64,000 bases of DNA from the NCBI GenBank assembly GCA_017394805.1, contig JAFPXC010000011.1:20421-84420 (forward strand), given 5' to 3'. A program made the translations under genes and the position numbers. Origin of the DNA: Clostridia bacterium (lineage in GTDB: Bacteria; Bacillota; Clostridia; Christensenellales; CAG-1252). Shown piece by piece: positions 8,421 to 16,368 of this stretch. A model generated the notes under the pieces. The model did not search any database. It was not told the origin of the DNA and saw nothing but the letters and a program-made list of their open reading frames with translations. Position 1 is the stretch's first letter. Every line of letters starts with the position of its first letter.

Positions 8421-10547
8421 CTAGTCCTCGTCACTCGGATCGGAGTAAATGCCCTCTATGAAATAACTGTGTTGCTGATGCAACTCGTCAATGGTTGCCT
8501 TTGTCCCGGCGTATGACGGATAATCGTTCAATCCAACGTTTGTTTTCTTCGCCATTTCTGCAAAGAAGTCTCCAAATGCGTCGGTTGCAAAACGCTCTGC
8601 GTATATCTTTTGGTGCAACAAATAATACTTTTTTCTCTCGGGCTTGGAGTCCATTGTGCCGCGCTCTTTTTCGATGCTCAACGTGCTATACCCAAATCGG
8701 TTTTCTATGCGTTTTTTGTACTTGTACAGCCACGAAACGACGCTCTTCAAGAGGTAGACCAACAACGTGTTGTCGCCTCGTCTAAACCGCATTTTTTCGT
8801 ACAGTCGCCCGAAGCCGTTGTAAGACCAATCGCACAGCATATCTTCTAGCACGAAGAACGGTAGAGCCAACCCATTCGGGGATGTGTCCGTGATAGTGAT
8901 GACGTCGCAGAGGTCGCGTGCGTCGGCGCCCCAAGAGGCTGCGCGTTGCTCGTCGGCAAATACTTTGATGAAGGGGTAATTGTCTACGGTGGCACTATGG
9001 CGGCACATTTTCAACCAAAGGTTGAAGTCGTCGTTTTTCTGATTCGCCTTGTCGTCACCTTTCTTGATTTCTTTGAGTTCCAACATATTTCCGCGCTCCT
9101 TGCCAACTTCGCTGATCACGACGGTGCCAAACTCAAATGAACCAATATTCGGGTTGTCCTCTATCATCTTTTTCCCCAGGCGCAAGGTATCGAAATCGAG
9201 TATGTGAGCATACCGCGATTTGCGTAACCGACGCTTGGGGAAGAAGTTGTTGTACCACAACGGGAAGTTTCCCCCGTCTTGCAAAACAGAGTCCTCTCGT
9301 ATGGCGTAGTTGGATACAAGCAAAGAGGACTGTACCACATAGATGAAATACAGTTGTGCGTAGATCTCCAGCGCGTCGAATAAGGACAGCGTTTTGAGGT
9401 TGTTGTCGTAGCTCATGCCGTATCGCGCCGTGTCGTACCCATACAGTTGCTCAACGTTGTCTTGTCGCCTTCGGTATCGCTGCTCTTTCTTTCGCACCCA
9501 CTCCCTCGCCGTAGCCAAGTTGTAGACTGTATGGTACTCCATACACCGGCGCAACGCCATCTCAAAAGATATCCACGGGAAGAAGGGGAACATCATATCT
9601 ATCGCCACCAACCTTTGGTACGCTTCTTGCCGAAACATAACCGCTTGCGATAACGCCATGTCGGTGATCGCCGTTGTTTTGCGTTTTCCCATACTACCGC
9701 AGGTGAGCGTCACGATAGGCAATTCCTTGATAAAACCGCAATTCTTGGCTTCCATGTGTCGCAAACGTGCATCGGCGATACGCTCTCTCCAACGACAAAA
9801 CACCTTCCAGATATAAGGCAAAAAAAGGTACCATGGGAACCGTAGGAACAGCACTTGCAAGTCCATGATCAATTTGACCGCCTGCATATACAAGCCGCCC
9901 AACTGATACGAGGACGCGAAGTAGAAGTAGTACCCCAAAGCAGATAGCAATATCGCACCGAAGTTGAGGTTGAACGCCCAAATGATGATGTACAAATATA
10001 CCAGATTGGGGTGGTACGTTAGGTACTCTTTGTAGCCGATGGCAAACTGTTTGAACGGCTGATATACCGTGTTAGATAGTTTCTTGAACCGTTTGAGCGG
10101 GCGCGTGTCCTTGTTGTGCTTGGTGTTCGGCTTGCGGTACAGCATTATGATTGCCATTATGACGCCGGCGATAAGCGGGAAGCACATTATCAAGATTTTG
10201 GACGCTCTCTCCATCTTGGAGAGTTCGGCGAGTAGCCAACCCGTTGCATTCGTTTCATCTACCAAAAGCGTGCCGTACTGTTCGGTCTTCGTCTTGAATA
10301 GCGCCCAAGTTTCGGGCCAATTTATTAGCCATTCCATCACTTGGGACTTGTTACCGATGGTGACGTCTAAGTCTATAGGGCGGTGTAGAACGAAATATAG
10401 GTAGTGCTTCAAGCAACTCCAAAAGTCCACGGCAGATTCGGCGAGGCGCAGATAGGATTTGTAATAGACGCTTGCACCCAGCATGATCGCCACAGCAAAG
10501 AAGATAAAGGTTACTGCAATGTTCAATCGTCGCTGTCTTTTATCCAT
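8421..10547 (-). CDS. Membrane-anchored P-loop NTPase (708 aa)
   Basis: The N-terminal ~270 aa have four to five hydrophobic helices. Walker A is CGSMGKRKTT (aa 283-292) and a Walker B-like segment is TVVISEVGKE. I cannot assign a family by eye; Zot/pI-like or FtsK/TcpA-like are both possible. Confidence 0.75.
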   Translation of the reverse strand: MDKRQRRLNIAVTFIFFAVAIMLGASVYYKSYLRLAESAVDFWSCLKHYLYFVLHRPIDLDVTIGNKSQVMEWLINWPETWALFKTKTEQYGTLLVDETNATGWLLAELSKMERASKILIMCFPLIAGVIMAIIMLYRKPNTKHNKDTRPLKRFKKLSNTVYQPFKQFAIGYKEYLTYHPNLVYLYIIIWAFNLNFGAILLSALGYYFYFASSYQLGGLYMQAVKLIMDLQVLFLRFPWYLFLPYIWKVFCRWRERIADARLRHMEAKNCGFIKELPIVTLTCGSMGKRKTTAITDMALSQAVMFRQEAYQRLVAIDMMFPFFPWISFEMALRRCMEYHTVYNLATAREWVRKKEQRYRRRQDNVEQLYGYDTARYGMSYDNNLKTLSLFDALEIYAQLYFIYVVQSSLLVSNYAIREDSVLQDGGNFPLWYNNFFPKRRLRKSRYAHILDFDTLRLGKKMIEDNPNIGSFEFGTVVISEVGKERGNMLELKEIKKGDDKANQKNDDFNLWLKMCRHSATVDNYPFIKVFADEQRAASWGADARDLCDVITITDTSPNGLALPFFVLEDMLCDWSYNGFGRLYEKMRFRRGDNTLLVYLLKSVVSWLYKYKKRIENRFGYSTLSIEKERGTMDSKPERKKYYLLHQKIYAERFATDAFGDFFAEMAKKTNVGLNDYPSYAGTKATIDELHQQHSYFIEGIYSDPSDED

Positions 10548-10689
10548 AATACCCTCCCATAATTGCTCTTGCTATTTCGGTGGTATCGGTAATGGATGCT
10601 GCCTTCTTACCCGTATAAATGAGATAAGAAAGCAGTAGAGCCATTATCAATACGCCCAAAACAGCCAATGCTCGTTTCAGGCTTTTCAT
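10540..10689 (-). CDS. Small membrane protein (49 aa), absent from the ORF track
   Basis: Manual translation: MKSLKRALAVLGVLIMALLLSYLIYTGKKAASITDTTEIARAIMGGYYG. GGAGG lies 7 nt upstream of ATG 10689. Its end overlaps the NTPase ATG, which suggests translational coupling. Confidence 0.5.
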   Translation of the reverse strand: MKSLKRALAVLGVLIMALLLSYLIYTGKKAASITDTTEIARAIMGGYYG

Positions 10690-10700
10690 CGTGCTACCTC

Positions 10701-12392
10701 CTACAAGTCGCTGTCTCCGTCATCGAAGTAGCCCATTGCCGCCCAAGCGTCTGCCTCGGCTTGTTTCCATTCGGGATCGTGATTAAGGGCATATTCCTCG
10801 GCTTTCGTCAAGCGCACCGATTCTCGTTTGCCAGACCAAATGTCATTCTTCAGCTTCTCGACGTTGACACGCTTTGCTTGCCGTTCTATGCGCCGTCGCT
10901 CTCTTGCTTGCTGCCGCTCGATTTTTGCCAAACCTTTCTCGTTTGGACTTTTCGGCTCTCGCTTTTTGCAAGCTTTCACCGCGCCGCCCACAGCCTTGAA
11001 CGGCAAACTAACAAGCCACAAAACGAACTTGGCAATATAGGGTACAGCCGGCCACAGCACTATGAGCAATACCACCAAAAGCAAGATGGCAATGAGTGCC
11101 TTCCACCAACCACTCTCGGTGTTAATCTCGATGTCGAAGGTCGTCTCCGTAACAGGTTTATCCGAGCCCGTCTGCATATTATCGACGACGCCAAGATTGT
11201 ACACCGTACCGTTATGCCTAAACATAAGCCGCAAAATCGTGACGTTGCAAATGTTAGTACGCTCATAACTGACGGTAGTAGAGCCAACCATACTTGCGTT
11301 TTGGTACGGCGTCTCCACGAATTGCAAAACCCATTGTTTATCGGCTATGGCATTACGCCCTTCATCCGTTAGGCGTGTTTCCGTCGATACAGACCAAAAC
11401 CCTGCTTCATAGATGGATGATTGCTCGATGTTTGCCAAGAAGTCCGCCGTTGACGTGATTCGTTTCCACTCATAGTGTTGGCGCCCCGTGAACATACCTT
11501 TGGCATCGAAGGTACCATACTGGTCGTCGGTAAGCGTAACCACCGTAGGTGGTTGAGATTCGGGATCCGTCGGACGATACACGGTAGTGTACCCACCCAA
11601 GATGTAGTCAAAGAACCAATGCTCTTTTTCAAGCGTTACCTTTTGGGTAAAGTACTCAACGTCCGCTTCCAGCAAGTCGTCGATTTCGTGGTCGCAGGAA
11701 AACGCGACAAAGTGACTATCGCAGGCTGTCCCTATCATAAAGAACGGATCGTCTATGTACCGCACGAATCCTACAAACTTTTCGGTGATAAGCACTGTTT
11801 CGATGTCAATACAAGATACCGTATTGACGCCGTTCTCGGTACTAAACCGATACTGTTTGCTCACGCCGAAAGGTACTGCGTTGATTGTGTTGTCGTAGTC
11901 GGCTTGGGTGTCAACCTCCGACATAAACGGTCGCAAGAGTTGAATCACGGCATAGTAGCGCACCGGCTCTTTGGTTATGGTATAATCCTCGACCTTGTAC
12001 TTGTAGAAAACGCTCGAATGATTGATATACGTCAGGCGATAGTCTCTCGGCGCTATATCTTTGTCAATGGTTTCGGACAGCCGAATGTAATTCGCATAAT
12101 ACGTGCGTGCATATCCATAGGGTTGGTAAACATAAACAAACAGTTCGTCGTTTTTGCCTTCCGCTATGGTAATGAGTTGTAGCGAATAATCATTCTCGCG
12201 CTTCTCCCATTGGCTGATATTGAATGAGGCGTCAGTCTTGAGGTCGGTGAGCACATCGCTGTACTTGGTATCGGCTTTTGCCGTTGTGATGGGTACCAGA
12301 GTACCGAATGCTATGGCGCAAATGATAACCAAAACGGCTATAATTGCAACAAGTCGTTGGTACTGATACCCGATTGCAATATACTTTTTCAT
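10701..12392 (-). CDS. Secreted, C-terminally membrane-anchored protein (563 aa)
   Basis: An N-terminal hydrophobic segment is followed by AKA. Two C-terminal hydrophobic helices (WWKALIAILLLVVLLIVLW and IAKFVLWLVSLPF) are followed by a Lys/Arg/Glu-rich tail. AGGAGG RBS. Confidence 0.7.
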   Translation of the reverse strand: MKKYIAIGYQYQRLVAIIAVLVIICAIAFGTLVPITTAKADTKYSDVLTDLKTDASFNISQWEKRENDYSLQLITIAEGKNDELFVYVYQPYGYARTYYANYIRLSETIDKDIAPRDYRLTYINHSSVFYKYKVEDYTITKEPVRYYAVIQLLRPFMSEVDTQADYDNTINAVPFGVSKQYRFSTENGVNTVSCIDIETVLITEKFVGFVRYIDDPFFMIGTACDSHFVAFSCDHEIDDLLEADVEYFTQKVTLEKEHWFFDYILGGYTTVYRPTDPESQPPTVVTLTDDQYGTFDAKGMFTGRQHYEWKRITSTADFLANIEQSSIYEAGFWSVSTETRLTDEGRNAIADKQWVLQFVETPYQNASMVGSTTVSYERTNICNVTILRLMFRHNGTVYNLGVVDNMQTGSDKPVTETTFDIEINTESGWWKALIAILLLVVLLIVLWPAVPYIAKFVLWLVSLPFKAVGGAVKACKKREPKSPNEKGLAKIERQQARERRRIERQAKRVNVEKLKNDIWSGKRESVRLTKAEEYALNHDPEWKQAEADAWAAMGYFDDGDSDL

Positions 12393-12453
12393 AGCATACC
12401 TCCTAAAAGAAATTGGGGGCTACGGTCTCCCATAGCCCCCGTAGTTGGGTTGG

Positions 12454-13035
12454 TTAGAATACTACCGGATCGGGTTCGATGCGGAAGTTACCCCCCACAT
12501 CTATCCCGTGGAACGACACCTTGACTGCCGCCTTGTTGTTGTACGAGTACACCACCATCGTGAAGTAGTCGCGCATCTCTGCAAGGGTATTGACGATCTC
12601 CACGGTAGCGCCCTCATGGTAACGCTGCAAGACATTCAAGACTTGGGCGTTGCCGGCGATTGCGAAAGAATCGTTGCTGTACTGAATATCGAAACAAGAG
12701 GTTAGGTCGTTCAGCTCGCTAAAACGATGCTCTTCACCGTCTACCAAGTAAGTGAAATCATTGTCCTTGATGCACGGCACTACCTTAACGGAGTAACCCG
12801 TCTTCTCTTTGGCTACAGCACCAAAGGTGTATTTCACCTCAAATAGGTACACAGAATCGTCTACGAAGACCATGTCACTTGTGCTTTCAAGGATGTTTTC
12901 ACCCTCGTAGCGCAAATAGAACGTTTGGAAATCACTGGTGAAACCTGAGGTGAAATATGCTACCGCTCCGATACCGCCAACTACCGCTAGAACGAGCACC
13001 ACATAGATGATGACAGTCATAACATTGGTAGTCAT
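12454..13035 (-). CDS. Membrane-anchored hypothetical protein (193 aa)
   Basis: N-terminal helix VMTVIIYVVLVLAVVGGIGAVAYF. ATG 13035 has a GGGGG/GA-rich RBS. Confidence 0.6.
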   Translation of the reverse strand: MTTNVMTVIIYVVLVLAVVGGIGAVAYFTSGFTSDFQTFYLRYEGENILESTSDMVFVDDSVYLFEVKYTFGAVAKEKTGYSVKVVPCIKDNDFTYLVDGEEHRFSELNDLTSCFDIQYSNDSFAIAGNAQVLNVLQRYHEGATVEIVNTLAEMRDYFTMVVYSYNNKAAVKVSFHGIDVGGNFRIEPDPVVF

Positions 13036-13052
13036 ACGACATCACCCCCTTG

Positions 13053-14084
13053 TTAGAAGGTAATCGTGTTGCTACCGCTGATGGCTACGCTGGCGACTTG
13101 CTCTTCCAAGAAGCACTTGAAGGTTGCCGAGAAGTTGTAGTTGGTTTGCTTAACCGTGATGATGACGTAAGGCTTGTTACCATCTGCGTCGGTGTTGACC
13201 GAATAAACCTTGTTCGTCCAAGTAGTCGTTTCACCGAGACCCTCGGGATGCGAAGTATTGGACGATTCAAAATAGCCATAAATAGACTTGTTTACGGTAA
13301 TTTTGAGTGTTGCCCCCGTGGTGGTACAAGAAACCATTTGATTGGCGATAGAACTCAACTCCACAGTGTTGTCGTGGGTACTCCAACCGGCACCACGACC
13401 AGACTTCGTATAATTGCCCAACGTGACAGTGCCGACGCCCGTAACCGTAATGGTGAAGTTGTTGTAGTCACTACCCACATCATTGAAGATATTGGTCATG
13501 TTGATGGGAACGGAATAGGTTTGCCCAACATACAACGAGGGAACGGACATGGAACCCAAATTGTAGGTGGCGGCACCCGACGCACTACCCAAAGTCATAT
13601 CAGAGGGCACACCGTTATAGGTGATGGTAGCAGTGCAGGTCTTGTTGTTTTGACGAGTCGTACAGGTCAAAATAATGTTGCTGCCACGGAACGCCTTAAA
13701 GCACTTCAAAGTACAAGTGGTAGAGCCATCTTGAACGATTTGGATGTAGTCGGATACGTTCTTGGACGACAACGCGGCACCCGAAGCCCAAGCGACAGAC
13801 CAAGTCACATACTTGTCTTGCACGGAATCGGGCGTGATGACTGCGATAACCGATTGCTGGGTATAGCCACTGCCCGAATCGCCACCCGACAAATAGATAG
13901 GTGCGGTCACTTCCAGCGATACGGCTTCCAGCTCGGTGAGTTGCGTGATAGTAAGCATGTCGCCCGGCGCCACGGACTCATTCATTTGCTTGGTGGACTC
14001 ACAGCCCACGAAACACAACGAAACCGAGCAGGCGACAATGACGAGAATCGTCACGATACTGATGATACTGATTGTTCTTTTCAT
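13053..14084 (-). CDS. Predicted lipoprotein, Thr/Ser/Asn-rich beta-type ectodomain (343 aa)
   Basis: Signal peptide plus lipobox-like SLCFVGC. The rest is rich in T, S, N and V with repeated beta-strand-like segments. AGGAGG RBS. Confidence 0.65.
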   Translation of the reverse strand: MKRTISIISIVTILVIVACSVSLCFVGCESTKQMNESVAPGDMLTITQLTELEAVSLEVTAPIYLSGGDSGSGYTQQSVIAVITPDSVQDKYVTWSVAWASGAALSSKNVSDYIQIVQDGSTTCTLKCFKAFRGSNIILTCTTRQNNKTCTATITYNGVPSDMTLGSASGAATYNLGSMSVPSLYVGQTYSVPINMTNIFNDVGSDYNNFTITVTGVGTVTLGNYTKSGRGAGWSTHDNTVELSSIANQMVSCTTTGATLKITVNKSIYGYFESSNTSHPEGLGETTTWTNKVYSVNTDADGNKPYVIITVKQTNYNFSATFKCFLEEQVASVAISGSNTITF

Positions 14085-14101
14085 TATTTACCTCCTTTTT
14101 A

Positions 14102-14986
14102 TTACCATTCGCCGTCTTCCTCGACCATGGACTCACCCGAGCCGGTGGGACCTTCCTCGGTGCCCTCTACGACATACGAGAATTCACAAGTGAACTCGCC
14201 GTAATAGGCAACACCCATATAGTCACCGGGGGTTGATGTATCGACATCAATAGAATCGGGGATAGCGAAGTCATACGAGTCATCCGAGTACACAAGCATA
14301 ATGCTGTTGCTTTCAGGGATGGCTTCGTCGCCCACCTGATAAGTGGGAACGTTTTGTTGATGAATACTGACGATGTACTTCTCTTGCGGTTCGGGCTCAG
14401 GCTCGGGCTCGGGTTGCACTTCGAGTTGCACACCACAAGAGTCGCAGTGGCCGTCGCCATTGACGTCACGGTGCTCAATATGCTTGTGGCAATACTTGCA
14501 ATCGCCGTAGGCGTCTAGGTCATGCCCGTTGAGGCAAGCCGAATTGGTGTTGATGACAAGCATACCGCACTTGCGACATTGGAAGGTGTCAGGATCTACA
14601 TCGTGGTCGGTGTAACCGCATTTGGTACATACGCAACCATCGAATTCGTGCTCGCATTCGGCACGGATTTCGTCAAGTGATTTGCCACAACCTTGACAAA
14701 CGCCGTTGAATCCGTACTTGTGCGTACACTGACCGCAGTCTTGACACATACCGTTCTCGTCAATGTTTGCGTGTTCGCAAGGCGTAGCGTCCTCGGGTTG
14801 CTTGTCTTTCCTGAACGCATCTCCAACTTTGTCCGTCAAGCCTTGCACACTCTCTTTGAGAGAGTTCAGTTGCTGCTTGACACCTTCCTTGTCAAAGTTG
14901 GTGAAGCCGTCCGAGAAGAACCCGATGGCACCCACTATGCCGAATGCGACCATGCAAACGACAATGATAATGACTAAGATTTTCAT
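14102..14986 (-). CDS. Membrane-anchored Cys-rich protein with a PE-repeat linker (294 aa)
   Basis: It has an N-terminal transmembrane helix. At least six CxxC pairs are present: CQDCGQC, CQGCG, CTKCG, CRKCG, CKYCH and CDSCG. A PEPEPEPEP linker follows, then a C-terminal domain. AGGAGG RBS. Confidence 0.65.
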   Translation of the reverse strand: MKILVIIIVVCMVAFGIVGAIGFFSDGFTNFDKEGVKQQLNSLKESVQGLTDKVGDAFRKDKQPEDATPCEHANIDENGMCQDCGQCTHKYGFNGVCQGCGKSLDEIRAECEHEFDGCVCTKCGYTDHDVDPDTFQCRKCGMLVINTNSACLNGHDLDAYGDCKYCHKHIEHRDVNGDGHCDSCGVQLEVQPEPEPEPEPQEKYIVSIHQQNVPTYQVGDEAIPESNSIMLVYSDDSYDFAIPDSIDVDTSTPGDYMGVAYYGEFTCEFSYVVEGTEEGPTGSGESMVEEDGEW

Positions 14987-15049
14987 AGAGCCTCCTTTTG
15001 GGAATCGCAGCCCAGGTTAGTGGGCTGCTTCCCGTTAGATTTTGCGATG

Positions 15050-15403
15050 CTATTTCAACAGCATCTTCAAGAGGTCTTTGTCGCAGTCCTTGTAGGGCTT
15101 GACCTTGACCTCGTACACTTCGCCGTCCTCGTCGATCGTGCGGATGGCGTAGGAGTTACCGGAGATGGTGTTGCCATTCTCACCCTGCACTTCGAAGGGG
15201 GTGATCACCAACTCGGCGCTCTGGGCGTCGCCGAACACGATGTCCAACACTTCGAAAGCCTTTTTGGATTTCTCCTTCGGCGCTAACTGAATCTTGATAT
15301 CGCGGCCGCGCAAGGTGGCACGCACGAAGTATTGGTAGTAGTTGTTTCCTTTGAAGTCGAACATTTCGCGCTCGACGATGTTACTCACACTGTTTTTTGC
15401 CAT
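15050..15403 (-). CDS. Hypothetical 117-aa protein (possible OB-fold or ssDNA-binding role; weak)
   Basis: ORF with an AAGGAGGG RBS. It is soluble, beta-rich and small, and it is the second gene of the module. The functional guess rests on position and size only. Confidence 0.55.
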   Translation of the reverse strand: MAKNSVSNIVEREMFDFKGNNYYQYFVRATLRGRDIKIQLAPKEKSKKAFEVLDIVFGDAQSAELVITPFEVQGENGNTISGNSYAIRTIDEDGEVYEVKVKPYKDCDKDLLKMLLK

Positions 15404-15429
15404 GATTTTTCAACCCTCCTTGATATTGA

Positions 15430-15750
15430 TTATTTGTTGTCGGCATTCTTGCCTTTACCCTTGACGGGTTTGCCGGCGGCTTCGGCAGCTGCGGCTGCTT
15501 TCTCGGCTTGGGCGGCAGCCTCTTGTGCTTCCTGCTCGCGCTTTTGCTTCAGCCATTGGAAAAAGTGGTACATGCCCACGTGATCGTGATTGGCCTCGAG
15601 ATAACCGGCGCGAACGCCTTTTTCGTACTCGGTGAGGTCTTGACCTGCCTTGTCGCCTTCGAGATGCTTGCCTTTCTTCTTCTCGGCGTACATCTGTTCC
15701 CCAGCCTTGTGGGGATTCTTCCAACGGTTCCTGTAATTGTATCTACCCAT
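15430..15750 (-). CDS. Basic, Ala/Lys-tailed 106-aa protein
   Basis: I moved the start to ATG 15750 (MGRYNYRNRW...), which has AAGGAG 8 nt upstream. The track ORF extends 87 codons further across repeat c1 (see findings). Confidence 0.6.
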   Translation of the reverse strand: MGRYNYRNRWKNPHKAGEQMYAEKKKGKHLEGDKAGQDLTEYEKGVRAGYLEANHDHVGMYHFFQWLKQKREQEAQEAAAQAEKAAAAAEAAGKPVKGKGKNADNK

Positions 15751-15929
15751 AGTAGTCTCCTTTGCCCGTAACCAGATAGCACAGTGATTTGAGTTGATGC
15801 CCGTAAGTGCCGTTAGCAAAGCGTGATGGTATGATATTAAGTTGTAGAGTTGTGCCGTCTGAAACTGATACGACGTTCCGTCATGGGCGATTGGGGAGTG
15901 GCCACTCTTACCTTGCAAGCCGCAATCGA

Positions 15930-16080
15930 GAAAGGGGCGTTTCGTCAAGCACATCTTCAGTTTAGACCTTGGAAGTGTAAAAACGCCATAGACTGAATGG
16001 GTGGGAATCATACCCGATTAACACAGTTTTTGAATGGCGAAAAACCAAATTGAACGTAGTGGAATGCACTAGCACTTCAC
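15930..16080 (-). repeat. Repeat copy c1 (the family is c1, c2, c3)
   Basis: It shares an 18-mer TGTAAAAACGCCATAGAC (15976-15993) and a 12-mer AATCATACCCGA (16006-16017) with c2. It shares a 20-mer GCCATAGACTGAATGGGTGG (15985-16004) with the reverse complement of c3. The distal box CACTAGCACTTCA (16067-16079) matches c2 at 18662-18674. Confidence 0.8.
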
Positions 16081-16216
16081 TACACGATTGTCTCAAAACG
16101 AGCCTGAATTGAATGGCGGTTATGCAGCACGAAAACCGCACCGAAAATCCATGATTTTGTATCGAATGAAAGAAAAATCACGATTGAACTAAGGATAAAA
16201 TTAAATCAACTATTTG

Positions 16217-16244
16217 TTGACTTGCACATAAAAAGTGGTATAAT
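16217..16244 (+). promoter_or_regulatory. Consensus extended -10 promoter of the antiporter gene
   Basis: TTGACT (16217-16222), a 16-nt spacer ending in TGg, then TATAAT (16239-16244). Confidence 0.7.
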
Positions 16245-16250
16245 GGTGAT

Positions 16251-16355
16251 AAGGAAATGATGCACTTCCTTCCTCGATAGAGGAGAACCGCCCACTGCGG
16301 GGCTGATGGCGTCTACACGATTGGCGATTGCCAAAAGTGTTGGCGTCGTTTTTTT
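16251..16355 (+). promoter_or_regulatory. 5' leader with alternative pairings and an intrinsic terminator (attenuator or candidate riboswitch)
   Basis: Hairpins AAGGAA/TTCCTT (16251-16271) and CCTC-GATA-GAGG (16272-16283). GCCAA (16330-16334) can pair either with the upstream TTGGC (16321-16325) or with the downstream TTGGC (16340-16344). The downstream pairing extends to about 9 bp and is followed by TTTTTTT (16349-16355). Confidence 0.5.
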
Positions 16356-16368
16356 ATGGAGGTGTGTT

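Noticed and set aside
13050-14204. 384-aa plus-strand ORF in the element
   Set aside because: It is antisense to the lipoprotein gene, which has an RBS, a signal peptide and operon continuity. The plus-strand frame is Arg/Gly/Thr-rich and has no start context.
15751-16011. The 87-codon N-terminal extension of ORF 15430..16011 as ordinary coding sequence
   Set aside because: ATG 16011 has no RBS, whereas ATG 15750 has AAGGAG. The extension runs through repeat c1. I keep it as an observation in the inversion-switch finding, not as part of the annotated CDS.
16306-16368. Upstream start of the antiporter ORF
   Set aside because: This start would place the terminator hairpin and the U-tract inside the coding sequence. 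ATG 16369 has GGAGG at the correct spacing and opens directly into the first transmembrane helix.
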